Numbered from the stretch's first letter, positions 31,334 through 41,047 are shown. The stretch is 64,000 bases of DNA from Clostridia bacterium (GCA_050950825.1 JBMNIH010000002.1:1-64000), one strand, 5' to 3'. The notes: generated from the letters alone by a model not told the origin. Numbers and translations are program-made.

Positions 31334-32122
31334 ATGATACTATCGATTGACGTTGGAAATACCGGTATCGCTTTCGGATTTTACAAAGAAAAATCGATCG
31401 TACATCATAGCAAGGTTTCATCGAGACCTTATAAAAGCAAAGATGAATTTGTTATGTTGCTGAATAATATATGCAATCATAAGAAAATTCAACCTGCAGA
31501 TGTGGAAGGCTGCGCCATTTCATCGGTAGTACCCCCATTGACCGAACAGATAAGACAAGGGGTTGAAGAGTTTTTTTCTTGTAAACCTTTGTTGATTACA
31601 CCCGGCATAAAAACGGGGCTAAATATTCGAATCGATGTTCACACGCAGCTTGGGTCGGATATCGTTGCTAATAACGTTGCAGCCGCCGCAATTTTACCTA
31701 AACCGTTTGCCGTTGTCGATTTGGGAACGGCAACCACCGTTTCGGCGGTTAACAAAGCGGGCGAACTCATCGGAGTCATCATTGCGCCCGGAACACGTAT
31801 AGCCGTTGATGCTCTATCTGCAGCCGCTGCGGAATTGCCGTATATATCCTTAACAAGACCAAAAGCCTTGTTAGGCAAAAATACTCAAGATTCCATGGTT
31901 AGCGGATGCATTTACGGTACGGCATGTATGATTGACGGTTTTATTGAGAAACTAAAGGTAGAATTGGAAACGGATAAACTGAACGTCATTGCTTGCGGCG
32001 GATTAGCGGATATTATAATCCCCTATTGTAGGGAGTCGATCTCCGTGAACCGTTATTTGACTCTTGACGGATTGGTTCATTTGTACTATATGAATGCAGG
32101 AAGATCAAGATCGTATATTTGA
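31334..32122 (+). CDS. coaX: Type III pantothenate kinase
   Basis: IDVGNT, SSVVPP, LGSD, VVDLGTATT, TLDGL. Confidence 0.93.
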   Translation: MILSIDVGNTGIAFGFYKEKSIVHHSKVSSRPYKSKDEFVMLLNNICNHKKIQPADVEGCAISSVVPPLTEQIRQGVEEFFSCKPLLITPGIKTGLNIRIDVHTQLGSDIVANNVAAAAILPKPFAVVDLGTATTVSAVNKAGELIGVIIAPGTRIAVDALSAAAAELPYISLTRPKALLGKNTQDSMVSGCIYGTACMIDGFIEKLKVELETDKLNVIACGGLADIIIPYCRESISVNRYLTLDGLVHLYYMNAGRSRSYI

Positions 32123-32166
32123 TCGCCGATAATTCTATTCATCTGCGATCTTTATAAATAAATTAC

Positions 32167-32190
32167 GTTGCACCTGCAAAGCAGGGCGAC
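32167..32190 (+). ncRNA. Putative pan RNA motif (hairpin with bulged A)
   Basis: GTTGC-A-CCTGC-AAA-GCAGG-GCGAC sits directly before the AAGGAG RBS of the PanT-like gene. Confidence 0.5.
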
Positions 32191-32206
32191 AGTAAGGAGT
32201 GATATT

Positions 32207-32815
32207 ATGGAAAGCGAAAAAAGAAACAAGACTCTGCAGCTGACCCGGCTGGGGATCTTAAGTGCCATCATTATCATAATGGCCTTTACTCCTCTGGGCT
32301 ATTTGAAAATCGGGCCTTTGTCCATCACCTTCTTAACCGTACCGGTTATTTTAGGAGCAATGCTGCTAGGACCGTTAAATGGTGCCATTCTTGGAGCGGT
32401 ATTCGGGCTTACAAGTTTTGCGCAATGCTTCGGGTTGGATCCTTTCGGAACAACACTGTTAAGCATTAACCCGATATATACGTTCCTCATGTGCATAGTG
32501 CCTCGAGTTCTTATCGGTATTGTCGCCGGTTATTTAATGATTCTCTTTGATAAGAAGACTTCAGGCAAGATATATGGCTATGCCATTACCGCCCTAGCCG
32601 GTGTATTGACAAACACGGTATTCTTCGTCGGTTTCTTGTTATTGATGTTTGGTAATACCGACTACATACGGTCCTTCGGTGAGAATACCATTGCCATACT
32701 TGGTATTTTGGTTTCTACCAATGCCATTGTGGAAATAATTGTTTGCACATTGGTAATAACGGCTCTAATAAAACCGATTCGTGTAGCGGTAAGAAAATTC
32801 AATCGTCAAGGCTGA
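32207..32815 (+). CDS. panT: ECF transporter S component, pantothenate-specific (PanT-like)
   Basis: FTPLGY, T.LTVPVILG, FGLTSF, IVPR.LIG, TNTVFF; adjacent to coaX. Confidence 0.8.
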   Translation: MESEKRNKTLQLTRLGILSAIIIIMAFTPLGYLKIGPLSITFLTVPVILGAMLLGPLNGAILGAVFGLTSFAQCFGLDPFGTTLLSINPIYTFLMCIVPRVLIGIVAGYLMILFDKKTSGKIYGYAITALAGVLTNTVFFVGFLLLMFGNTDYIRSFGENTIAILGILVSTNAIVEIIVCTLVITALIKPIRVAVRKFNRQG

Positions 32816-32827
32816 TGCGAAAAACCT

Positions 32828-32865
32828 AAAGCCGAGTGAATGTATTCTATTCTCTCGGCTTTTTT
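32828..32865 (+). terminator. Intrinsic terminator
   Basis: AAAGCCGAG...CTCGGCTTTTTTT after panT. Confidence 0.7.
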
Positions 32866-33344
32866 ATAATATTTATAATGTAATTATAAGTTAATTTATA
32901 CTTAACTAAGGCATTTTTAAATGTTTTTATGATTTTCTTTAATTATTATTGAATTTATTTTAATTATTCATTATGATTAAATTAACGGATTGATTTGACA
33001 AGACTTTATCCCTCTTTCTTGTCAAGTTGCCGATTTCTTTGAATATATTTAAGTATATAACCGGAAATATCGCTAAATCATGAATATCTTAACCGGGATA
33101 GAACCTTGATAATTGCATAGGTTCAAATGATATAGCAAAATTGGTTGTAGAATAATTACCTTATTAAATTCATCATGTTCAATTATTCCATTTCGTCATT
33201 TTTAATTCATTAGGCTGCGAAATAAAAAACGCTCGGATAACGAAGATATAAAATGTCTTTTCGAACAATATTGAGCTAATGCTTGGTAATAGGATTTATG
33301 AGGCCTTTTGCATCATAAATACAATAATACAAGGAGGGATATGA

Positions 33345-33584
33345 ATGAATAAAAACCCGGAGGATTACAAAGTTTTGGGATTATCCGTAGATGCCGATAT
33401 AGAACAAGTAAAAAAAGCCGGCACTCTATTAATGAAGAAATATAAGGATGATCCTGAAAAATTAGACCAAATCAACACGGCCTATAATCGAATCATGGGG
33501 TTCACTACCGATGAAAAACAAGAAGAAAAACAAAAATCCGGTGCATTTAAATTCATTGACAAGATCTTTAAAAAAAGCAAATAA
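33345..33584 (+). CDS. Small J-domain-like protein lacking HPD
   Basis: YKVLGLS.DA..EQVKKA...LMKKY...QINTAYNRI; strong AAGGAGG RBS. Confidence 0.7.
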   Translation: MNKNPEDYKVLGLSVDADIEQVKKAGTLLMKKYKDDPEKLDQINTAYNRIMGFTTDEKQEEKQKSGAFKFIDKIFKKSK

Positions 33585-33601
33585 CACTATTACATATTGA
33601 C

Positions 33602-33634
33602 AACCCCTGTAACATATGTCAGGGGGTTTTTTTT
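33602..33634. terminator. Intrinsic terminator
   Basis: AACCCCTG...CAGGGGGTTTTTTTT. Confidence 0.7.
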
Positions 33635-33677
33635 GATTGTAAACTAAAGAGTCATCTTTTAGAGGAGGAAACAGCCT

Positions 33678-35795
33678 TTATAGGCTGTTTCCGTCAAGCT
33701 CAATAATTTCAAGTTCCTTTAACTTGTTAACCGTAATACGACAAGTGTCTCCCTTTTGATCAAACTTGCAGTTATCCTTCAAGAATAATGTTCGAGCATT
33801 GGATACCGGATAATCGACATCTATAACGACATTTAGAAATTCCACCATCTCTGTTATAGGTCGCATCATGTGGCCGGTATAGTTCAATAAGTAGATTAAC
33901 GTTTTTCCCTGTCCGTTCCTTCTTATATTAATGCTCATGGAAGCAGGCCCTTTGACAACGCGTACTTTATCTTTTGAACAATCCTTGATTATTTTTCCCG
34001 TTAAAGCGATATACTCGGGAAAATGCAGCTCGATTAGCAATTGCCCTATCGTCCCGGCAAAATAGATGGACTTGCCTTTTCCGTATTTATTAATATAGCA
34101 AAATCCGTTCGCACTTCTCGGCGGTTGTCCGTCATAGGAGCCTTTTAAAAATTCCGCCAGATCCAATATTCTTTCACCGCTTGTATTAACCGTCTTTTTC
34201 ACGTATTGCGGTGCAGGTATATAACGGTATGTTTTTAATTGATCGGTATACGGCGCATCGTAAACAGGCATTACATAATCGAATCGCAAAGGACCGAAGC
34301 TTTCTTTGGTCGTCAAAGTAACGCCGAAGCAATCCTCCAACCCGAACCGGTCCCTCATTTCACCGTATTCGTTATACATAGACGTTTCAAAAGAGGCTAT
34401 CAATGTTCCTCCGTTATATACAAATTGATTGACAGCTTTAATTTCTTCATCCGACATGCAAGCAATATTGGGTAAAATGATGGTATCGTATCGATTTATC
34501 AATCCGTCCGTAAGCGAAACTTCATCGATGACATCTACCGGCACGTTGTTTCTGAAGCATGTTTCATAGAACCCTTCAAACTCCTTGTGCAAGTCGCCGA
34601 TGTTCGTGAATACGGCTTCTTGTGTAAAATCGGTTTTACGGATACTGCCGCCTTTATAATAGTCCGCATTAACATTTGACCACACAACGGCAGTCTTCGC
34701 TAAAGATTCCGTCGGATAAAGGGTTTTTTCGTTTTCTTTGATAAACCGGTATACACTATAAATGTTTTCTATCAATCCCTCAATGTTGTTTTGGGGAGAA
34801 GACATTCCGGAATAAATGTGAGAACCGGACACAATTGCTTCATACATCATAAGTTTATACTCGGCCGGTGGCAGCTGATACCAATTCCAGCTTTTATGGT
34901 CTATCGCCATTCCACTGATAACCGGTTTTCCACCGCTTTGGGTCATGCAAAGCTTATCTTCGCATTCGGTTCTCCATATGGGAGTTAAATTGATATTGTT
35001 GTATAAGAATCCGCCTTCGGCCAAAAGCATGTCCTGTACTTCCATAAGACGTCTGTTTTGCCTTCCTGTCGGCCAGTTAGCCGTTCGCAAACCTGCATTA
35101 CAGTAAAGTAAAGCTTGGGGTCTTTTTTCTTTTAAAGCGTTGTACAAATGTCCAACGTATTCGGTCAAAGAGTCTATCTGGAATTCTCTTACATACTTCC
35201 AGTTGGGATTGGCACGATCTTGTTTGGAAGGAAGCTCAAATCCGTATTTTTCTTTAAATTTACTCTTGCAAGTAGTACAAAAGCAGGTTTTTTGAAAAAA
35301 GATATCTCCGTCTAAAAATACTCCGTCGATTTCATATTGGCATAGGTCTCTTATAACGTCGGCTTGCCATTTTCGATATTCCGAGTTATTGGGACAAGCC
35401 GATATTCCCGTTCCGTAAATATCTAAAGCCGGTGTTCCGTCTTCGTATACTTGTACCCAGTCGGGATGGTCTTTATAGAACTGCGGAACAAAAGAATGGC
35501 CGTTAAAATAGATAATTATTCGAATGCCATGCTTATGAAACTCTTCTATGAAAATACGTAGTAAGTCCGGATCCATACCGGCCCTGCCGGTCATATTAAA
35601 GATCGGTTTGGTATAGTCGGTTCCGCAACCTTCGCCTACTTGCATGGCACCAAAGTGCACGGTATTCGCTCCTGTTCTCCTGTATTTATCGACGATCTCG
35701 GGAATTTCTTCCGGTTTTACGGAATACAAATTCCACATGGAAACGAATCCTTCGGAGATTAAAATTACACCTTCTTCCCACCATTGTTTCATCAT
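33678..35795 (-). CDS. Putative glycoside hydrolase (GHL6/GH42-like TIM barrel plus trimerisation domain)
   Basis: HPDW, CPNNS.Y, DGVFLDG, CFC.TC, YDTIILPN..CMS, GGTLIASFETS. Confidence 0.75.
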   Translation of the reverse strand: MMKQWWEEGVILISEGFVSMWNLYSVKPEEIPEIVDKYRRTGANTVHFGAMQVGEGCGTDYTKPIFNMTGRAGMDPDLLRIFIEEFHKHGIRIIIYFNGHSFVPQFYKDHPDWVQVYEDGTPALDIYGTGISACPNNSEYRKWQADVIRDLCQYEIDGVFLDGDIFFQKTCFCTTCKSKFKEKYGFELPSKQDRANPNWKYVREFQIDSLTEYVGHLYNALKEKRPQALLYCNAGLRTANWPTGRQNRRLMEVQDMLLAEGGFLYNNINLTPIWRTECEDKLCMTQSGGKPVISGMAIDHKSWNWYQLPPAEYKLMMYEAIVSGSHIYSGMSSPQNNIEGLIENIYSVYRFIKENEKTLYPTESLAKTAVVWSNVNADYYKGGSIRKTDFTQEAVFTNIGDLHKEFEGFYETCFRNNVPVDVIDEVSLTDGLINRYDTIILPNIACMSDEEIKAVNQFVYNGGTLIASFETSMYNEYGEMRDRFGLEDCFGVTLTTKESFGPLRFDYVMPVYDAPYTDQLKTYRYIPAPQYVKKTVNTSGERILDLAEFLKGSYDGQPPRSANGFCYINKYGKGKSIYFAGTIGQLLIELHFPEYIALTGKIIKDCSKDKVRVVKGPASMSINIRRNGQGKTLIYLLNYTGHMMRPITEMVEFLNVVIDVDYPVSNARTLFLKDNCKFDQKGDTCRITVNKLKELEIIELDGNSL

Positions 35796-35895
35796 ACCTA
35801 TGACCTCCAAGATATTGTAGTATTCATGTTTATAGATATTTTGCTTATGTGAAGCAAAATCAGTCGGGTACAAGTGCGTCTTGGATAAATGAACC

Positions 35896-36774
35896 CTATT
35901 TGTTCAATAATGCTTTGGCGATCGGTGAATCGGGTCCTAATATAACGGTTTTACCGGAGCCTTCTAAAGAGGCTTTAAGAGCATCCAATGCCAGGATAAA
36001 CTCGTAGAATTCTTGTTTGTCTAATGTATTATAGGCTTCCGCTAACCGTCTCATGTATTCTTGCTCTCCTTCTGCAACTAAAACCGCAGCTTTGGCTTCG
36101 GCATTGGAGATAATAATATTTACTTGTTTGTCCGCATCGTTACGAATAATGGAGGATTCGTATTCTCCGTCGGCTAAATATTTATCGGCCATTTGCTTTC
36201 TTTCCGATATCATTCTTGCATATACGGCTTGTTCGTTTGTTGTCGGTAAATCGAATCTTTTAATTTTTACGTCAACAACTTCAATTCCATAATTAGGAAC
36301 CAAACCTTGAACAGTAGCGGTAATATCGTCGTAGAGCTTTTTCCTGCCGCCGATTTGATCCTCGGTGATAATTTGAGTCAATGAAACCGTACCCATTGTA
36401 TTCTTCAAGGTATTGTAAGTTAAGGCATCCAGACGTTGTTCCGCAATTGCTATACTGCCTAAGGAGCGGTAAAATAGCAGCGGATCTGTTATACGCCATA
36501 AAACATAACTGTCAATTGTCATGTTTTGCTTATCTGACGTCAGAACTTCCGAAGGTTGAATATCATAAACCATAACGGCTTTCGGGAATGACTTCACACC
36601 ATCGATGAAAGGAACTTTGAAGTGAAGACCTGCTTTGTCAGTTATATTAATAATTTTTGAAAATCTTACCGTTGCCATATATTCATTTTCGGCCACAATA
36701 TAGACCGAAGAAGATAGCAAAATTATAACAGCAAGACCGATGATAGAGATCAATAACACCTTTTTCTTATTCAT
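35896..36774 (-). CDS. hflC: FtsH modulator HflC
   Basis: SPFH domain; GIEVVDVKIKR.DLP, VY.RM.SER; paired with hflK. Confidence 0.9.
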   Translation of the reverse strand: MNKKKVLLISIIGLAVIILLSSSVYIVAENEYMATVRFSKIINITDKAGLHFKVPFIDGVKSFPKAVMVYDIQPSEVLTSDKQNMTIDSYVLWRITDPLLFYRSLGSIAIAEQRLDALTYNTLKNTMGTVSLTQIITEDQIGGRKKLYDDITATVQGLVPNYGIEVVDVKIKRFDLPTTNEQAVYARMISERKQMADKYLADGEYESSIIRNDADKQVNIIISNAEAKAAVLVAEGEQEYMRRLAEAYNTLDKQEFYEFILALDALKASLEGSGKTVILGPDSPIAKALLNK

Positions 36775-37832
36775 TATTCCGCACCTCCTGCCGTATTGTT
36801 TGAAAGAGACGAGCTTGCAGTATCGTCTTGTAAAGTACTTGCCGAATCATCGCCGATAAAGTTTTCTAAAGGCAACAGTTTTTGAACACCGCCTTCCGAC
36901 AAGTCGATATACAATTTGACTCCGGGTAAGACCTCGGTGATTACTTCATAATACATTCGTGACCGAGTAATTCCGGGATTCAGCTTGTATTCGGAATACA
37001 TGGCTTCAAACATGGCTACGTTTTCGATTGCCTGATTAATTCGTTTTTGTTTTAGATATTCGGCATTTTGGATTAAGCTGTCTGCTTTTGCATTGGCCGC
37101 AGGCAATCTGGAGTTTGCGTATGCTCTGGCTTGATTTATTAGAGTTTCGGCATTTTGCTTCGCAGTTTCCACCGATTTAAATGCTTCAATAACCTCAAGC
37201 GTAGGCGGTTCGCTGTCTTGGATCTTGACATCGGTTAACATAATCCCGATATCGTATGTCTCCAAGGTTTCGGTAACAAATTCTCGTACCATCCTTTGTA
37301 TCGCTTCCTTACCGTCGGTTAAGACCGCATCTACATTGGTTGAACCGACAACACTGCGCACTTGGCTTTGAACAAGGTTGCGCAAAATGTCTTCGGGATC
37401 ATACGATGCGAACAAATACTTGACAGGATCTTCGATTTTATATTCAATAAAGAACTCCACATTCACGATATTGTAGTCGCCTGTAATCATTTTACTTTCA
37501 TTATCAACAACCGTGTATCCTGAGGGCTTAGTAGGATCCGTACGATACCCCAATTCCATACGCTGAAATACATTGACTTCAACTTTATGCACCTTTTGTA
37601 TGCCAAAAGGCAATTTAAAATGCACACCGGCATCATTAACGGATGTTACCTTGCCAAAGGTTGTAATAACCGCTTGGTGTTTTTCGTCTACCGTGTACCA
37701 ACAGGTGGATGCAATCAGTAAAACAATAACGATTATCGCAGCGATCGTGAAATATTTCATGATTTTCTTTGCATCCGGTTTTACAGAGTTCCCTGTTTGT
37801 CCCGATGATCCGAAATTATTATAAAAACTCAT
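36774..37832 (-). CDS. hflK: FtsH modulator HflK
   Basis: MITGD.NIV.V, PP.EV.EAF..V..A, P.ITR.RMY.E. Confidence 0.9.
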   Translation of the reverse strand: MSFYNNFGSSGQTGNSVKPDAKKIMKYFTIAAIIVIVLLIASTCWYTVDEKHQAVITTFGKVTSVNDAGVHFKLPFGIQKVHKVEVNVFQRMELGYRTDPTKPSGYTVVDNESKMITGDYNIVNVEFFIEYKIEDPVKYLFASYDPEDILRNLVQSQVRSVVGSTNVDAVLTDGKEAIQRMVREFVTETLETYDIGIMLTDVKIQDSEPPTLEVIEAFKSVETAKQNAETLINQARAYANSRLPAANAKADSLIQNAEYLKQKRINQAIENVAMFEAMYSEYKLNPGITRSRMYYEVITEVLPGVKLYIDLSEGGVQKLLPLENFIGDDSASTLQDDTASSSLSNNTAGGAE

Positions 37833-37884
37833 CTTTGTCTAATACCTCCTATCATTTAACATTATATCTATCATATCACGGTTA

Positions 37885-37899
37885 AAGGACAGTTCTCAA
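37885..37899 (-). repeat. REP-like motif copy (1 mismatch)
   Basis: Minus strand TTGAGAACTGTCCTT. Confidence 0.6.
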
Positions 37900-37918
37900 C
37901 AAAAATATACCTTGACAT

Positions 37919-38740
37919 CAGTTCTCAAGATCCACTGTCTCAGATCTTTGCAAGAAGTTAGATCCCATCGTGGAGGCTTTTAGAACTCGTCCTCTGCAGT
38001 GCCACTATCCCTTTCTCATAGTGGATGCCATCTTTGTAAATGTGCGGGAAAATGGTCGCGTACAATCAAGTGGTTTGTTGATAGCCACTGCAGTGAATGA
38101 GGAAGGCTATCGCGAAATCATAGGGTTTCAATTAGCCAACAGTGAATCCGAAAGCAGCTGGGGTGAATTCTTTTCCTCTCTTAAAGAAAGAGGGCTAAAG
38201 AATGTTGATTTGGTTACCTCTGACGACCATAAAGGGTTGGTCAAAGCTGTTAGAAGGCACTTTCAAGGCGCTGGTTGGCAACGCTGTCAAACACACTTTT
38301 CCAAGAACATTTTGGATCATACACCGAAGGCGCTGCAACCTGAAATTAAAGAAGAGCTACGCCGGCTTTATGAGGCCGTTGACCTTGAGAGTGCTCGTAA
38401 CATCAGAGATGGGATAATCCAAAATTATGAAGCCAAGGCGCCGAAAGCCACGGCTATTCTGGACGAGGCATTTGACGATATCACTGCTGTTCTGGCCCTG
38501 CCCTTAAGGTATCGAAAACGGCTTCGTACTACAAATAGTGTGGAAAGACTCAACCAGGAAATTCGTCGTCGTGAACGGGTTATTCGAATCTTTCCCAATG
38601 CATCATCAGCCATACGGCTTATGGGTGCTTTATTAATGGAACAGCATGAAAAGTGGCAAACAGGACACAAATATTTCAATATGCAGTTGTATTACCAGAT
38701 GCGGAAAGAGAACGATTCGAAGTCCGGTACTGCTGCCTAA
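37919..38740 (+). pseudogene. IS256-family transposase, N-terminally truncated
   Basis: SRSTVSDLCKKLD, DAIFVNVR, SDDHKGL, WQRCQTHF, RTTNSVERLNQEIRRR; no start and the N-terminal third is missing. Confidence 0.88.
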
Positions 38741-38745
38741 GATCG

Positions 38746-38907
38746 CATTTATTCCACGGTCTGTTGACAACGAGCCTCTCATGGCATGTTTTCCGGCATC
38801 GGGGCCATCCCCCACAGTAACAGGGATGGGCTTCATAGAAGGTGGATGATGCCCGGCTATCAGCCTAACATGCCATGTAACTCATTGTCAACAGCTTTCG
38901 CGGCATA
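38746..38907 (-). other. Structured non-coding element, copy 1
   Basis: Nested inverted repeats 38761-74/38881-94, 38780-90/38867-77, 38793-800/38848-56; ends CATTTATTCCACGGT and CTTTCGCGGCATA. Confidence 0.75.
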
Positions 38908-39088
38908 GATAGCGTCAATATACATTCGGAAATAAAAAGAGAGAGTTCACCCTTATGATAAGATTAAATCTTGTCTGTATCATATATCATTTCCATCAAT
39001 TTTTCCACATTTGTTTTTTTAATTGATTATTACACATCACCTATTTAAGAATTCATGAAGACAATAGCAAATGCACAAGTAAAGTACT

Positions 39089-39252
39089 CATTTATTCCAC
39101 GGTTCGCTTTACGACGAGCCTCTGCCGGCATGTTTAGTGGCCTCTGCGGCATCTTCCTACAGGGTGAAGCCGGATACGGCTTTGTGTGTTTGATGCCAGG
39201 CAGACAAGCCTAACATGCCGTCTACTCATCGTAAAGCGACTTTCGCGGCATA
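39089..39252 (-). other. Structured non-coding element, copy 2
   Basis: Same terminal motifs as copy 1; stems 39104-18/39225-39, CGGCATGTT/AACATGCCG, GGCATC/GATGCC. Confidence 0.75.
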
Positions 39253-39297
39253 AAGCCTACCGTCACACGGTTACAAAGTCATAGCGGTTCAAGCTGC

Positions 39298-40434
39298 TTA
39301 TGCGTCCCAAGCCAGTGTGGTCATATTCTTTAGCCACTTCATACTGCTCCTTTCCAAACCATGTATGTGACGTCTGGTATCTTCCGCATACGTCCATTTT
39401 GAATGTCTTCTTCTCAGATCTCTTATCAATTCTTCTTGTGCTTCACGCCTTTCCTTTTGCTTTTTTCGTTGTTTTTGATATTTTAGCAAGTCAAGAATCT
39501 TACCGCCGTTTCTTTTGTACGCTCTGAGCCTTGCCATGCGGTCGCAACCCAATTCGCTCCATCCCATTGGTCTGCTGCTCATTCTTGCCGACAATACATG
39601 GCTTATTTGCCCTTCTATGCAATATGTCCAGCCGCTTGTTTCTTCCACTCGGGTTTTTATCCCTTGCCAATGATTTAGAAAATATCTTAACGCATCTTCC
39701 ACTTCTTGCTTCTTGTTTTCACTTTCCGTAACCTTCAGGATCTGCTCATAGATATTCTTCAATTCCTTTTTGTCCAAACGATTCAAGGCTCCCCAAATCC
39801 AGTCTTTCACCTCGTCCGCGCTATCGTAAAGATGCGCCACTGACCTGTTTATATATTTCATCATATGGTATTTATCAAGGACATATTTGCTGTTCTCCAA
39901 ATATTCGCATCCTTTTTTTATCCACGAAGCTCCGTCTCCGACTACGTATATTCTCTCAAGATAGTCCGTATCGTATGTTTTTTCTATGTATTCGGCAACC
40001 TCCATCCAAAGCTTTTCGTTGCCTTTGCCACCCTCGTAAATACCGCAAAAGTATTTTTTTCCGATCAGCTTATATCTGGGATTCTTGGATGCTTCCCCCG
40101 ATTCATTGATAATATCCTCGAATACACAAACAAGCTTAGGCATCAGGGTATTAATCTTATGGCCCCTCGCATCTCGCTTCAAATCGCCCTTTTCATTCCA
40201 AAACTGTGCCGCCACATGATCTTCATCGGCCATGACATGAAGCCTTTTTATCTTCTTCTTTCCTTCCGGTTCCGGCATCGGCATGTCCGCCTCAATCTCA
40301 TGTACCAGATCCATTACGGCTTGTTTGCTAATGCCTTCTTCCGCTTTTATGCTCGCATTCTCTCCGCCTTTGCGGTAACTGCTGTCTATACTTTCTTCTA
40401 AGGCTCTCGCAGCTGCGCCTAGCGTTACCTTCTG
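39298..40434 (-). pseudogene. ISLre2-family transposase, N-terminally truncated
   Basis: SYRK, ADEDHV, GDGASWI, LDKYH, EGQISHVLSARM..RPMGWS; the frame is cut near 40434. Confidence 0.85.
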
Positions 40435-40512
40435 GTCGCGGCATAAACGCTTGCGACCATAGGCTGATTGCTACATTTAAAATGCCGAGGTAATTTACAC
40501 ACTAATTTGGAC

Positions 40513-40541
40513 TTGACTTCAATAAACCATAATCATATAGT
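40513..40541 (+). promoter_or_regulatory. IS256-end hybrid sigma-A promoter
   Basis: TTGACT (IS end), 17 nt, TATAGT, upstream of the rhodanese gene. Confidence 0.6.
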
Positions 40542-40585
40542 CATATTAAATTTTAAGATAAATAGGGATTAATAGAGAGTTTGGC

Positions 40586-41035
40586 ATGACAAAGGGTATT
40601 ATAACGATTTCTTTATCGGTTTTGCTTGTATTTTTATTTTTCGGCTGCACGAGCAAAATCATTGACGAAGAGTCTTTCGACAAAACGAAAACGGTACATG
40701 AGACGAATGATACCGAAGAAAAAACGGAGTATGTCCGAATATCAAGCGAGGAAGCAAAACGAATGATGGAAGAGCCGGAGAGTTATATTATTCTTGATGT
40801 TCGAACAGAAGCCGAATTCTCGGAAGGACATATTAAAGGAGCCGTTCTTATTCCTCACGATAAAATCAAAGAGCATGCCGGTGATTTGCTTCCCGATAAA
40901 GATCAAATCATACTGATCTATTGCCGATCAGGCAACCGAAGTGCATATGCTTCTTTGGAGCTGATAGAATTAGGCTATAAAAATGTATATGATTTCGGTG
41001 GTATCATCGATTGGCCTTATGATATAGAAAAATAA
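40586..41035 (+). CDS. Rhodanese-like lipoprotein
   Basis: Lipobox FFGC; DVR..E..EGHI.GA, YCRSGNRS, GGI..W. Confidence 0.88.
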   Translation: MTKGIITISLSVLLVFLFFGCTSKIIDEESFDKTKTVHETNDTEEKTEYVRISSEEAKRMMEEPESYIILDVRTEAEFSEGHIKGAVLIPHDKIKEHAGDLLPDKDQIILIYCRSGNRSAYASLELIELGYKNVYDFGGIIDWPYDIEK

Positions 41036-41047
41036 CGGACAACTATA

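Larger units (their letters stand above)
38908..40435 (-). mobile_element. ISLre2-family (UPF0236) element remnant
   Basis: Putative terminal GATAGCGTCAA at 38908 and a truncated transposase; bounded by the TCGCGGCATA direct repeat. Confidence 0.65.
37919..40518 (+). mobile_element. Left-truncated IS256-family element containing a nested ISLre2-family remnant
   Basis: Transposase fragment plus right end AATTTACACACTAATTTGGACTTGACT, similar to the staphylococcal IS256 end ...TTTACACA...TGGACTTGACT. Confidence 0.75.

Noticed and set aside
38633-38849. Short ORFs overlapping structured element copy 1
   Set aside because: No RBS and no equivalent frame evident in copy 2; conservation is in base pairing, not codons.
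38746-39252. Structured elements as integron attC sites, CRISPR repeats or 6S RNA
   Set aside because: GCCTAAC/GTTAGGC is present but not in the attC order and there is no integrase. There are only two long copies, no spacer array and no cas genes. The IS context and lack of a clear central bubble argue against 6S.
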